Below, piece after piece: positions 40,801 through 55,100 of a DNA stretch of 64,000 nucleotides. Source of the DNA: Ruditapes philippinarum (Eukaryota); NCBI RefSeq assembly GCF_026571515.1, contig NW_026865359.1, positions 1-64,000 on the forward strand, read 5' to 3'. The notes beneath the pieces are model-generated. The model ran no database searches. It saw nothing but the letters and a program-made list of their open reading frames with translations, and had not been told where the DNA came from. Both the position numbers and the translations under genes were made by a program. Every line of letters starts with the position of its first letter. The stretch's first letter is position 1.

Positions 40801-42015
40801 GAACAGGCTAAATCAAATCGAGTTTGCAACTTTTTCAATTTTGTCATTTTGGGCGTTCTGTTTTCACTACATTGATATATGTTTCTGTTTTTTTCATGGG
40901 TGATTTATTCCACCACGTACGTGTAAAAAATTAAATGCCGCAATACCGATGCAATGGATTGTGTGAGAGGTAGTGCACTTATATTTCCTTTCTCATAAAT
41001 AATCTCAGTCTAATCGAGTCAGCATTTTGAAAAATATATTGTTGTTGTTATTGCTTCCGAGGAATCACCGCTTTTCCAGATTGTTTTTTACTTCACAACA
41101 AATGCCACTTTAGCCGGTGCAAGTGGGCGTGAGAGATGTTGCACTTTTTCTCACAAAAAATATACTCAATCTTACCGAGTCTGCAATTCTAAAATAATAT
41201 TGTTATTTTAATTGCTTCCGAGGGAGCACACCTGATAATACTACCTTTACCTAGGCCAAACAACGTCTGATATGCACTGGGCATGTAACTTATCAAAGTA
41301 ACTCCTCTTAGGTAAAAATTCCTAAAACATAAAATTTGAAATAATTCCAAAGATCAAGTGCTGTACTTAAAATCGAAACAATCTGCAAAAGACAAAAATA
41401 GAAAAGTGCCCAGAGTCGAATTGAAAAAAAGATATTTTAGCTAGATTTTGCCAGGCTTTTCTTTTTCTTTTGGTCACTTTGAACAATGAAAATTATCAAG
41501 GAAACCGTTGTGAGGAAATGATCAGAAAATTTGCACACAAGTTATTAGTCCATACTTACTTTAAACGGTACACAGGAATATGAACATATTTCCAATTCCT
41601 CCATGTCAAAAGCTCTTATTTAAACGTCGTTTCTTGCATCTTTGCAAGAATCAAAATATAACGGCGTGATAATATTTATGAATACAATACTGAATTCTAT
41701 TAAATTGGCATACAACTGTTAAACAAGTATATGTTTTGTCGGAATTTGTCTAATTAGCAATTTAGAATGACGTCTTTTTTCATATTTTGTAGAAGACAAT
41801 ACACACTTCTGGAAGTTTTTAAAGTGTCAATCTGAAGAGGACAATAAATAGAACCAAAAAGCAAGTATTGTTTTGTTATTTGTTGTTAATTATTGATGCA
41901 GGTATGCTATACAAAAGATTATCAAAAAAGCACACACGTTGACACGTTACATATCATCATACATATTGTACAGTTCTGATAAAACTTTAAGGAAAACCTT
42001 ATGTTCTTTTTAAAG

Positions 42016-43012
42016 ACAAGAGCAATGTTAACATGGTCATCTCCCGCCGAATGTGTTTGCTCATTGGAAGAATGTATATGTAGTAGAGCAGAATTATTCA
42101 ATTTAAAGAGATTTTTAGTAAAGAAAATTGATGACTGAATTGATTACAGTTTTAAAACCTATGTGAATACTGATGGTTGAAAATAACAAAGGGCAATAAC
42201 TGAAAAAATATTGCAGGGTAGGTTATCATTCTTGTGTGCTGCAATCCTCTTCAATGAGATCTATACACCTATGATGTTTCAAGTTGATATCTGTTACACA
42301 TTTTGAGATAAACTCCGGACAAAAAGTATGAAAACTAAAAAAGAACAATAACTCAAAAATCATAAAGGGTAGAGTTATCTTTCTTGGACACAGCATTCTA
42401 CTCAATAAGATCTATCCATCTATGAAGATTCATGTTGACATCTCAAAGACTTTAGAGTTATGCTTCACTCAGGTAAAAAATTAAGTATGAAAAATAACAA
42501 AGGCAAAAACTCAAAAATTGTGCAGGGTAGAGTTATCATTCTTGTGCATTACACACCTCCTGAGTGCGATCTATCCACCTATGAAGTTTCATGTTGATTT
42601 CTCAAAGGCTTTTTGAGTAAGGCTCTAGACGAAAATTAAGTTTGAAAAAAAACAAAGGGCAATAACTGAAAAAATATGCAGGGTAGAGTTATCATTCTTA
42701 TGCACAGCACTCATCCTCAATATGATATATCCACCTATGAAGTTTCATGTTGATTTCTCAAAGGCTTTTTGAGTAAGGCTCTAGACGAAAATTAAGTTTG
42801 AAAAAAAACAAAGGGCAATAACTGAAAAAATATGCAGGGTAGAGTTATCATTCTTATGCACAGCACTCATCCTCAATATGATATATCCACCTATGAAGTT
42901 TCAAGTTGTTACCGTAAATAGTTTTGAGATATGTTCCGGACAAAAATGTCGGACGGACGGAAGGACGGAGACTATTACTAAATCCCCCAACGCCTTTTCG
43001 GCAGGTGATAGA
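42016..43012 (-). mobile_element. Helentron/HINE-like element with internal tandem repeats
   Basis: Starts ACAAGAG; repeated aacaaagggcaataact...gggtagagttatcattctt units; GGAC microsatellite; terminal cccc...gg hairpin region. Confidence 0.75.
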
Positions 43013-43879
43013 AAGGCCATTGTTGCATATCTAATTGTTCATCTAATATATGGAAAATATGCATATTCTTAACTACAGTCTATTTTACAATTAATGGTAG
43101 AGCAATTCAGCAGTAGCAATAGAGTTGCGTCCAAGGTTTTACAAAATTGATGAAGGCCCTTTCCAGACAAAATGTAGTGACAAAATGTTAACTTTGATTT
43201 AAACAAAACTTGTTTCGTAGTTGATGTGAAAGGCAGACCTAGAAACAAAGAAAATATTTACCGCAGTACATGTTTCAAGGAAGAAAAATCAAATGTTTAA
43301 TATAAATTATGTCACCATTTATTTGTTTTGCTATAATGAAATTAAGTGAGAATAATAAAATTGGACAATATGAAATAGAAACAACTAGAGAAAAATATTA
43401 ATTAAAACGGTAAGAAACATAATAATAAACACCAACAAATTTAAATGCCTCCTACATATAAAGATCAAGCTAAGGCATCAACAGTTAAACAAGGTTGTAT
43501 ATAAAAGAAAGTACCGCCCATGAACAGTCTCAATCAAACCAAACCGAGCCTGCAACATTTTCAATTTTGTCGTGTTGGACTTTCTTTAGGGATTCTGTTT
43601 GTCTCTATTTTATTGTCATATCCGTGTTAGTTGTGTCGTGACGCGGCTGTAAAAAGACTCCCCATACATGTTATCAATAATCCTTGAATATCGTTCAGCA
43701 CGACATTTTTGCTGTGCATACATGTTATGTGGTACTACTTTTAGTTTCTACTTGTTTGCCCTTTTCAACTTTGGTGGTTCCAGTATTTCTTCTTTAATGG
43801 TAAAGGTAAAATAATGTATAATCACCCTCAGGATATGTTGCCTGCTTTTTAAATTTGTCTTTTGACGTCTAATCTGTGA

Positions 43880-46720
43880 TATGCAGGCCTCATAACCTCA
43901 GATCTATTTTCAAAATTCCATTTTCTTTACATGCGTCTGGTTTCCATCAGTGTCAACCACTTCCTCTGGCATCACATTTCTCTGACTGGGTCCCAGCCGT
44001 TTTATGTTATCCAAGAATTCATTTGGATTTTGCGTTACCGTTGTTGCAATATCCTCTGCTATAAAGCGTCTGTATTCACGTTCGCATTGTCGTAGACGCT
44101 TATCGAAACGAGCCCTTGCGTGTGAATATTGCAAAAGTTTAACGTCCCGTTGATCTCGGGAACCATAACATTTAATAATTTCATACTCAGATGATGTCAC
44201 AACATCCAATAATTGGCTTAGCTCGTCGTTCCAATAAGGTTTATTATTTTTGCGTCGTTTATTCATTCTTGAAGATACTTTTTGTACTGGTATACTGTAT
44301 ATTTAACGATGTCACAATATAAAGAGTAAAATATATCAATTTCATCTTGAATCAATCAAAGTAATTACGTCTAATAAAGCATTTCTAGCTCGTTCATTAT
44401 CCATAAAGACACAAAGTATTTTGTTCAGTTTGTTACTAGGTTCATTTTTACAATTACCGGTTTTGTCTGGCGTGTTGTGTAAAGGATTCGTTTTATCTAA
44501 TACCTTAACGGTAAAATACCCTTTCAATATATAGTGGTCAGAATAACAAACAACAGGGCCATGATGGCCCTGAAGTCGCTCACCTGTATATAGGCCCACA
44601 GAGCGAGGCCAGTTTAAACCCCAGGGCTTTTATTTGAACAAAATTGGTAGACACCCATTACAAGATGTATCATGTTAAACATCTAAGGTCTAGCTCGTTG
44701 AGTTTTTAAAAAAAAGATTTTTTAAGTTTTTATTATACACGTATAGTTAAAAGCAATGACATCCCTAGGGCGGGGCCAGTTTTGACCCCAGGGCTTTTAT
44801 TTGAACAAACTTTGAAGACACTCACTAGAAGGTGTTTCATGCTTAATATCTAAACTCTAGCTATTTCTTTTTATTCAAAGAAGATTTTTAAGTTTTTGCT
44901 ATACACATATAAGGAAAATTAATGTCCCCCGGGGCAGGGCCAATTTTGACCCTAGGGCTTTTATTTGAACAAACTTTGAAGATACTAACTGGAAGATGTT
45001 TCATGCTTAATATCTAAACTCTAGCTATTTTGGTTTTTTCAAAGAAGATTTTTTTAAAAAGCTTTTGCAATGCACATATAAGGAAAATCAATGACCCCCG
45101 GGACGGGGCCAATTCTAACCCCAGGGTACTTATTTGAACAAATTTGGTAGACACCCATTAGAACATCTTTTATGCTAAGTATCTTAGCTCTAGCTCTTTG
45201 GCTTCTCTAAAAGAAGTTTTTTTAAGTTTTTACTATATGCATATAGGGAAAATCAATGACCCCCTGGGGCGGGGCCAATTTTGACCCCAGGGCTTTTATT
45301 TGAACAAAATTGATAGACACTCATTAGAAGATGTTTCATGCTAAATATCTTAGCTCTAGCTCTTTGGGTTCTTTAAAAGAATATTTTATAAGTTTTTACT
45401 ATATGCATATAGGGAAAATCAATGACCCCCTGGGGCGGGGCCAATTTTGACCTCAGGGCTTTTATTTGAACAAACTGGATAGACACTCACTAGAAAATGT
45501 TTCATGCCAAATATCTAAGCTCTACCTCTTTGGGGTTTTTAAAAGAAGATATTTTAAGTTTTTTTTCTATCGGTTGCCATGGCAACCAGAGTTCTGCATA
45601 GAATTAAATTCGTTGAACAATTTTTAAAGGTGACTACCAAAGGAACATTCCTGTGAAGTTTGGCTCAGCGGTTTGTGAGGAGATGCCATTTAAAGTAAAA
45701 GTTTACGGACGACGGACGACGGACGGACGGACGGGCGGACGCCGTGCGAAAAACGATCACAAAAGCTCACCCTGTCACTTTGTGACAGATAAGCTAAAAA
45801 TGACTCCAAGCAATTGTAGTTATCTTGGGGTACACACATTTAGTCTACTTAAAATTTTCCTTTATGAAATACATGTGTAATTTTCGAATCATTTAGAAAA
45901 TCAACAAATTCTCTACAATGCTGATTAATACAGTAATCTATACTTTATCGGGTAGGTATATGATCGATATTTCCAAGAATGTCTGACATCAGTACAAATA
46001 ATCATAAAGTCAATGTTTTTGTACAAATATATCAATAATTAAATATGTGAAAAGAATTATTGAGCATTTCTACCAAAATGGAGTTTTCAAGGTGTACTAG
46101 TAAGTTACATGAAAATAATAGCACATTGTTGTATAATGATCGATTTTTAAATTAAATAAGGAAAACACCCTCATATGATATATCAGGAATATTTACATCG
46201 TATAACTAATACATCCAAATGTTATTAATACACCAACACCTCCTGAACTTTTTGATGCGTTTTTATCAATATGACTTCTGATAAGTCCTAACAAAACATA
46301 GTTATCAATTTCAATAACGTTATCGTTAATCGTAACGTTATCGTTTATAAGATGTGTTTCACATACAGAAACAATATAAACGTCAATGGCATTAATAAGA
46401 GCACATCTAAATTTATGGTTGTTTGCCGTCCATCCACAAACGTTAAAATGCGCGACCCTTAAATTGCCTTGAAGAAGGGTACTGTTCTACTGTTCTAAAC
46501 GTCATGATTGTCCAGGTCAGAATGTCGTTGACGACCATTCGCGTCCACCCGGAAGCTGCGCCCATTAGGCATCTCACAAAGTAACGTATGAGTATTGATC
46601 TCAATCAGTCTTTCAGCATGTGATTTACTGCTCTTTAGTAATGTTCTTTTGTAATGTTCACTCTTATTTAGCCTCATTTTATTTATTGATATCTGAATTT
46701 TTTTCATCCTTAGAGGCAAA
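43880..46720 (-). mobile_element. Decayed non-LTR retrotransposon fragment (CR1/L2-like): ORF1 tail, APE endonuclease and linker; RT absent
   Basis: The minus strand reads LRVAHFNVCGW...IVSVCETHL...SGGVG (about 46470-46230), YSDH (about 44545) and KPYWNDEL...NPNEFLDNIKRLGP (43910-44266). SSKSHAERLIEIN...FRVDANGR resembles an ORF1 C-terminus. Confidence 0.8.
44549..45797 (-). mobile_element. Helentron/HINE-like element, same family as 26469-28835, inserted in a LINE
   Basis: GGGCCATGATGGCCC hairpin plus CGCTCACCTG, about 6 tandem core repeats (gaccccagggcttttatttgaacaaa...), GACG microsatellite. Confidence 0.82.
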
Positions 46721-47283
46721 ACTTATCTTGACCAAGGGCTAACTAGTCATATGAAAATCCTACTCAAATATTTTTGCAATAAGAAAAATATAATTACATT
46801 TTAAAAACATTTTATAGAATTAAAAAAAGACAAAATGAAACAATAATTGATAACTAGTAAGACATTCTTAAGAATCAGAAAGATATCGTTAAAAAACGAG
46901 AATTTAATGAAACAATCGCTTTTAACGACTTTACATATAATATAAAAAAACTAACAGATGTATAAAGCCAAAACTTAGAGAGTGAAATAACTAATGAGGA
47001 GTCATTATTTGATCTAAGAAAAGTGTCAAACAACAAAAGTCCAGGCTAATCTGCGTTAATAAAGTGCTTTGAAAAAAGTGGGACATTTTATTCAAAGAAC
47101 TCTTTATGCACTCAGTTGTCCATTACTCAAACATAAGGAAAAATTAGGAATACATGTTAACCCAAAAGGGATAACCTTAACATTTTACTAAAAATTGGAG
47201 GCCCGTAATTTTGCTACATACTATATATAAGATTGGAATTAGTTTTTCTGCTGCGTTGATTAGATGCTGTAAAGTTATATGTA

Positions 47284-48210
47284 TTCCCCAAACCTACCCC
47301 CCCCCCGAAAACTTATGGGAGGGAAATTGTATTTGTAGCATCCGTCCGTCCTTCCGTCTGTCCAGCTGTCCTTCCATACGAACTTTGTCCAGTCCATAAC
47401 TTTGTCATTCATATGGATTTTGAAATAATTTTGTATAATTGTGAAGCACATAGGAATAATGTGACAGTTGCAACATCTATGTCTGGAGACAAAGATTTAA
47501 ATCAAACTTCAACATCAAATTGTAAATGAAAAAATGACGTTCGTGTCCAATTAACAATTTTGTCATTGACTCATTGTTAGGTGGATTTAAGAATAATTAT
47601 GCATGAAATGTTAGACACAGTGACGAGGTGTACAGCGAAAGAATAAGGGCCCTACTTACCTCAAAGGTCAAATTCACACTTGTAGACCAAAAGTTATGGT
47701 ATCATTTTTTATAAAAGTACACATATGACTATATCCGGCCAATAATTCCGTCACTGATGGATAGAATTAAGAATTTTTATGCTTCTTAAAAGTGTTGGAC
47801 ATATGACGACGTGCAGAGAGCAAGAAAATTTAGTCCCTACCTCAAAGGTCAACGTCGCACTTGTAGAATATTTCTTAAAAACCTTCTAAACCACAATGGA
47901 GAGACTTTTGGATATTTTGTGTGTGACATTACCTTCAAGTCGTTTACTGATATTTATCAAGTCCCATTGGTAATAATTGTCCCTGTTACGAAAGTGCATA
48001 GGGTTATCAAGACTTTTATATCAAAATTCACATAAAGTACTCTTTAGTGAAGAACTTGCATATCTTGAATGTAGCATTTCCTACCAGACATTTGCAAACT
48101 TATCAAAACGTTATGAGTTATACAGCTTTAGTTATAAATTTGAGCTTATTATTTGAAACAATTTTGACTTTTACAGCAATGTATCTTAAGTGAGCGATGC
48201 AGCGCCATCC
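47284..48210 (+). mobile_element. Degenerate HINE-like element(s) immediately upstream of gene B coding exon 1
   Basis: GTCC microsatellite head, repeated cctacctcaaaggtcaa units, gtgagcgatgcagcgcc tail. Confidence 0.5.
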
Positions 48211-48463
48211 TTTTCGAGTTTTGTAATGTATGTCTGCTTGATGTTGTGCTTATCCCCAAACAGTTGCAAAATTGAGGTCATTCAATCTATCAATGTTCAC
48301 AAATGTATGCACTTTGATGCTCTCTTTTTGCACTTACGCATCTTAAGGTCACGGTCACAATGACCCTTTAACATATACATAAATATTTTTTATTTTGCCT
48401 ATAAATTAAACATGCTTCAAGTAAAGAATTATACATAAGAATATATTCTTTTTACAGATAATC

Positions 48464-49136
48464 ATGGCGGACAAGTATTATAGGCTTGTGTGTTTTCTAG
48501 TTAACATTACTCCCCGACCACTAAGAGAGTTATTCCTTAAGTACACGTGGACGGACCCAAAATTTTCAACTTGTTCAACCATTGATGCTTGTCTTAAATT
48601 AATGAAACATCAGCTTTACCTTTTAAAGAAGAAAAAAATAATCAGACAGAAACAATGGGAACTCCTGTTTCCATCAACACCTGGTAAGGTGGTAGATGAA
48701 ACATCTTGGGACATAACTCTGGTTATTATATTAATAGAGGAATTTCACGGAAACAAGCTTCAACAGGTAGAAGAAGACGCTATTTCCAAGATACGAGGAA
48801 TTCGAAATCGACTTCAGCACTTTGCTGAAACTTCAATTGATGATGCAGACTTTGACAATATGTGGACAATTTTAGAATGCGCAACCATTGATATAGCTAA
48901 GCAAATACAACCTTCACCTATGTACGTAAACGCTATTCAAGGAAACATTAACGAAACCAAAATTAATAATCTGCCGAATCTCGGAGATTCTTTACGTTAC
49001 CTATATGAGACTATTATAATTCAAATGAAATCTGACATGGAAGATATGAAAGAAATCATGGAAGAACTTGCTGAAAAATGTAATGAATCTCGAAACATTC
49101 TTCTGAACACAACTGAGAAGCGTGTTGGACCAACTG
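48464..49136 (+). CDS. Gene B coding exon 1: DZIP3-like HEPN and coiled coil
   Basis: QWELLFP..WDITL..RNRLQH..IDDADFDNMW. Acceptor tttacag at 48457, donor G|GTATTA at 49137. Confidence 0.88.
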
Positions 49137-52100
49137 GTATTATAGTTACTCTAATATTAATTCATCCTGGCATTATATACTCCATCGCAATGATTATTTT
49201 TTAATTTTTATTAGATTATTTTTTCTTAATTCGTCCAAAGATATGATTGGATATAACTCGTGTGTTAACATGGGTTTGCAGTTGCAAAATATATGAACAA
49301 ATATGCAATCTAATTAAGAAAACAGCAATGAATGGAAGCGAAAGGATATCATTTTGAGCTTAAAACGCAAAATCATGAGTAAAAACAAATGATTGGTTTG
49401 GATTGCAAGATGGTAGAAAATCTGATTCAAAGCAATGTTATTAATACCTAAGATGGTCCCAATTATTTTTGTTTTAAAAGTGTTTTAAAAATTCCGAATT
49501 TATTTTTGTTCTTTTATAGGTGAAAAAGTAAAACGAATGAAAACAGTTGACCATATTCTTAAAAGACTAAATGGTATGTGGAATTCAAGTAACCTAAAAT
49601 CAATTATAAACCATGGCTTCAAAACTTACAAGTGCCTTACTAATTTGTTATATATTTAACGTACTTATGCTGTGTTTTGTAATTAAACAACTTTGATCCG
49701 TTTAAAATAAGTTGAATATTTATTGTTCATTTAATATTGACAGGGTAAAGTAAGATGTATAAATAAATAAATATATTCATTAATCTGTTCATTTATAAAT
49801 CATTTCGAAAGATTAAAACAAATTTTAGAATATTAACTTTCTCTACAAATGCATCGCCTAAATAAGAGACAAATCATTAAATAAAATATTTCCATTAAAC
49901 AGTAAAAATACCATCATCCTATTGTACAACTTATTCATTTCTGAAATGATTTGTCAAAATTACATTAATATATGTGTCATTAATCCTCATTAAAAAGAAA
50001 AATAAATACGTTTTTAAATTTTTATTCATGTTTCAAGACAATTTCACCATGTCGATGAAAGAGGACTTGCCAAATAACTTCGATAGTCCACCGGAAGTCG
50101 CTGATATCAAAACAAAGCTGCGAGATGTTCACCACGTCGTTGTTACAGGGTCAAGGGGTAGTCGGTATATCGAAGCTGCTCTAGCTTCATTACAAAGTAT
50201 GGACTACAATCATAATCGATGTGTTGAAATGAAAAATTCGTGTGACTGGCGACACATAGACCCGGATGAAGTGGATCTTGTATTATGCCGAGAACCTTTT
50301 GGCGACTATGTGTTTGATAAGGACAAGACAAAATCTATGGCAGATATATTCAGTAGTATGCTACAAGTTGCAAAGATTTCTGAAAAGTACAAGAACATAG
50401 ATATTGTGATCGTGTCCGAGAAGGAAATACTCCAGGAAGTATTAAAGTTCACGGAACATGACCTTCTTCAGGAAGTGGTAGAAGTTTATCAGCCTACAAC
50501 GGAATCAGATCCAGCAGATCTAACAGGTTAAATGTTCTTTTTGTACTTATGTACTTGGAAGTCTGCCACTTTTCTAAACGATATGCAATTGGATCATGGT
50601 TCTTTTATTGATAATACTCTGATTGGATAAAACAGTTTAATATTTCTATGATACAGCAGAATAATAAAGATTGAGAAATAAGATTTATTAACGAGTTACA
50701 TATAGATAAAACAATATTGTTTGTGTCTGAACATGTACAGAAAAAGTTGTTGATTATAAAACATAAGTTAAATTTACTTCTTATACTTCGAATAGGTACA
50801 TGTGGCAATTCCGAGATGGATTTTGATCAAGCAACACGGAATCAGCTGGGTAAGAGAAAACAAATCTATTATTTATATATCAGTTAAGTTCATTTACGAA
50901 AAAAATCAACTTAGTTTTCGATTTCCGCTTGAATTGCAGAATTATAAGTAACAGGTAAAGTAAAATGTTCAAAAGAAATCTAAAAGCATAAACTACATGT
51001 AATCAGTTAGATAAGTAACAATAAACCAACAATAATGGCATTAATTAATGTTTCAATATTTTTCGATAAAAACAATCAATGAATTACTTTAAAAGTAGAT
51101 TCAATTCAATTCAGGGGCTCATTGACATGCCGGGTCAGAAATTTTTTTTTGAAATAAATTTTCCATTTGATGTTGGTCTAGACCAATATTTTCTTGTAAA
51201 AATTTCAGATCATTTGCTCTTTTCGCGCAATTTGTTTTTTTTTTCCAGAAAATGTCGATCAAACAGTGTGCCATGATAAATCTATATGCATGCCTATGTA
51301 CTTTCGGTATATTAATTGTTCAATTCAACAAATGATTAGAAACTCTTGATTTTAATTTGCACTTCGATAATGATTTGAAGGCAATATGTACAATCACTTT
51401 CGACCATAATCTTCTAATTCGATACCATTTATTACTGGTGTTACAATTTCAGGATACAATTTTATATGTGGTTTGTGTAGTTATGTGCTTTAAAATATTC
51501 TAGAATAAACACCAAAAGGAATGTGGTATAGAATTTTCAACATTTAATAAAAATGAATATCATGAGAGAAAAAAATATTTTTTCAAACAAAAATCGTTTC
51601 AGATTTAACTGCGGTATTTGTTGAGCGGTACAAAGATGACAACCTGCATCCCGCTAGTGTTGTAAATGAGGCGAGAACGACATTTAAGAGAGACAAGGTT
51701 ATTGTTATAACAGGGCCGAGGAAATGTGGAAAGACTACTCTGGCTGTAACGCTAGCATCAAGGTACCAGAAAAACCAGTTTCTGGTTCTCAACAAACCTG
51801 ATGACATGAAACTAATAAGGCTTGGCTGTATTTGTACTGTATTAGTTGAGGACTTTGCGGGGAAAGGCAGTTACAATGGTACCTATGCAGAAGCTTGGTT
51901 AAGAGAATTTGAACTGCTGTTCAGTGCCGTATGTTCTGGAAAGCTAAATGTTATTATAACGTGCGAGAAGAGAACACTTCTTAAATGCAATGAGGAAAAC
52001 GGTCCTCACCCAATTCTCAAAAACACCATCGTTCTCGAGCAAGTCAGCAGAACTGTTAAGCAGGAATCAACTAGTACTGGTACTATTTTTCATGGTTTTG

Positions 52101-55100
52101 TATTTTTGTAATAACTTTTTAAATAATTACAGTGACAGGAATTTAATGTTATTAGTATTTAAAGATATTTTTTGTAAGTAATATTTGTTTGAGTGGATAT
52201 CATTTTTCACAATCTTATTTTCATAACAAATATACATTTACAGATTTCAATGACACAGCCGCCATTGCAACACGTACTGTACAAAGGTGTTCGTTCAGTA
52301 TGGAAACGTAAGTTGAGAGTTCATTTTTTCGTTTATCCAATTGTTACTTTTAGATTAGTATTATTTCTCCTGAACTAAAACTTCTGTAATCAAAAATTTG
52401 ATGAAAAATCAATTATACATAAGTGCAGTGTGACGCCGCATTTTTATACGCCCGAAATAATATCGGCGTATATTGTTATGCACTTGGTTGTTCGTCCGTC
52501 CGTCTGTCCGTCCGTCCGTCTGTTAAAGGGTTGTATTTTTCGGTCTGTATTTTTTGAACCGGTTGAAGGAAATTCAAAGTACTTGGCAGACATATTTACC
52601 ATAATCAGACATATTTACCATAATCAGAAGATGTGCAGAGCGAAGGTTTGACCTTTCTCATGTCAAGATCAAGGTCTCACCTAGTCATTTTGTTTTAATA
52701 TCAAAATGTTTTGTCCGCTTTTAATCTTTTGAACCGATAAAAAGAAATTAAAGCTTTTTGGCATACATATTACTTATATTGAAACGGTGTGCAGAACACA
52801 AGTTTGAACTTCCTAAAATTAAATTTGACCCCGCCCCGGGGATACATTGATTTACATAGACTTATATAGGGATGTTCGTGTCTGGTCTGTATCTTTTGAG
52901 CCAGTGAAAAGAAATTGAAACTATTTGAAATGTTGTTAATCATAATGAGATGATATGCAGAGCGCAGTTTTGGACTACCTCAGATCAAGGTCAAGGTCAC
53001 ACTGACTCATTCAAAATACTTATTTAAAGTGTATATATTACAAAAGGAGTTGACAATGTATGAATTTATTGATATGTTTCCTCCAAATATATACATATAT
53101 ATATATATGAACATGTATTAACCTCTCTTTATTTTTATTACTTTATAATGTTGTTGTTTTTTTTTCTTTTCAAACTTTATTTTTTTAGATTTTTGTTTCT
53201 GTTAAGATTAAAATAATTAAGGACCTTTTATTGGTTTCTATGATTTAATTATTTTTTAATGAGACAATCTTATTAATTGAAATTGATGTTACTTGAGATA
53301 TGTAAATTCACTAAATAATAATAAGTTTTAAATGAGGCATATAAAAAGTCAAGTAACAAATCCAAGATCTCAGTTATTTGGCATGTATTATTACACAGAA
53401 GAACCCTGCTATTTTTTCCAAGTATCATTTCTCTGATATTATAAAATGGCTGTGCCCAGAGGGTTAGAATATGGGCAGGTCTGACACAGTTTACGTGTAC
53501 ACAGATTTGTATAGTACGCATGTTTTAAAAGTCTTTTCCTCCACTTTACAACATGCAGAGCATAAATATTTAGCTTGTATCATCACTTTTTAAAAGTAGA
53601 ATTATTAGTTTTGTGATGAATGTTTGTGTGAGTATTGACGTTATAAGTGTAACGGGAGGTTATAAAAAGAAGAAAATTAGTTGTAAGCATTTTATTATTT
53701 ATATGCACAATATTTTGTGCTTCTGAATTTCTGATATAATATCATTTTATGTTTCTTTGAATTGTTATCATTTAAAATCAACAATATTGTTGTTTTCTGT
53801 CAGTATATATACTCCGTGACAATTGCATTGAGATAATTAATCACCATAGTAGTTTTTAAGGGCATGAGTGGTGACATGTCAGGGGTATGTTCTCCACAGC
53901 CGAAGGTGTGGCATATACAATTGTCACTAAGTATTCATGTGACAAGAGCATATCTCTTTGACATGTATCAATATAGATCTCAATATTGATAATTGAAATA
54001 AAACATGTTATGAACAAATTTTATAAATGGTATCCTCTCTGTTGAACATTATTTTTGACAACTTTAAATTTTATTTACTTAAAACAAATTTGCATTCGGA
54101 CGTATATTGCCACGCTATGCTGTGTTCTTGTTTATTCTGCCAAGGTTGATATTTTTGAACATTGATAAATTAGATTTGTCATCAAAATGGTCACCAAATA
54201 TTGTTAAAAAGTATTACTTTATAACTTCATAGAGAATCATTATTAATAACAGACATTAAGTTGTGATTATAAAATTTAAACAATTACAAAAACAAACATT
54301 TTCATTCTTTAGAAATAACAACTTTGTTTCCAACGAATCAGACCACGTTGAAAAGAGTACACACTCTTCAGACGCATTCAACAACATAAAAGACACGTGT
54401 TCAATGAATGAGAACACTATTCTTTGTCTAAATTCAACTGGAACAGTCTTAAAGCTTGACAAAGAGCTCGATGTCGAGGCAACGTTTTTAACAGAACAAC
54501 AAACGGCTTTTGAAAGGATATGTTGCTTAGATGATGATAGGTTCCTTCTTGTGAATGGCAAAGAAGTTTCTATATATGAACTGAAGTCAAATGAGATTCA
54601 CCTCATAACGACAACGATTCTTGACCACGAATCTGACTTTATAGCAAAGGGAAAAAAAGGAATGATAACAATCTTAAACAAGAACATCATATACGAGTAC
54701 ATGTATGACGGTTACTTTGAATTACAGTTTAAAAAGCTCCTTCCTATGAAACCATTGATGGACAGTTTCGTAACAGACGCGTCCGTCATATCTGAACGAA
54801 ATTGCGTTATCGTTGTAAAACAGGGTTCCATTCAATCGATAACATACAAAGAAAAAAGGACAATTGAACGAGTACTATATTTTGAAAGAAATGAAATTCA
54901 ACCAGTGGCTGTTTGTGCTGGAAAGGAAGTTGTACTTATTCTTTGTCTGCAGAACAATCAGGCGAAAGTTTTGAAGTTTGGAATTGATCTTGAGAAACTT
55001 GGATCTATCAGGCTTGACGAGGTTGCATACAGCCCATTCAACGTCTCATCAATGATGTATGATTCAAACTTATCCAGACTTCTTATCACATACAGCGGAA

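Noticed and set aside
38700-40850. Several 60-116 aa ORFs
   Set aside because: Hydrophobic, AT-driven composition with no recognisable motifs or consistent splice structure, and partly overlapping repeats.
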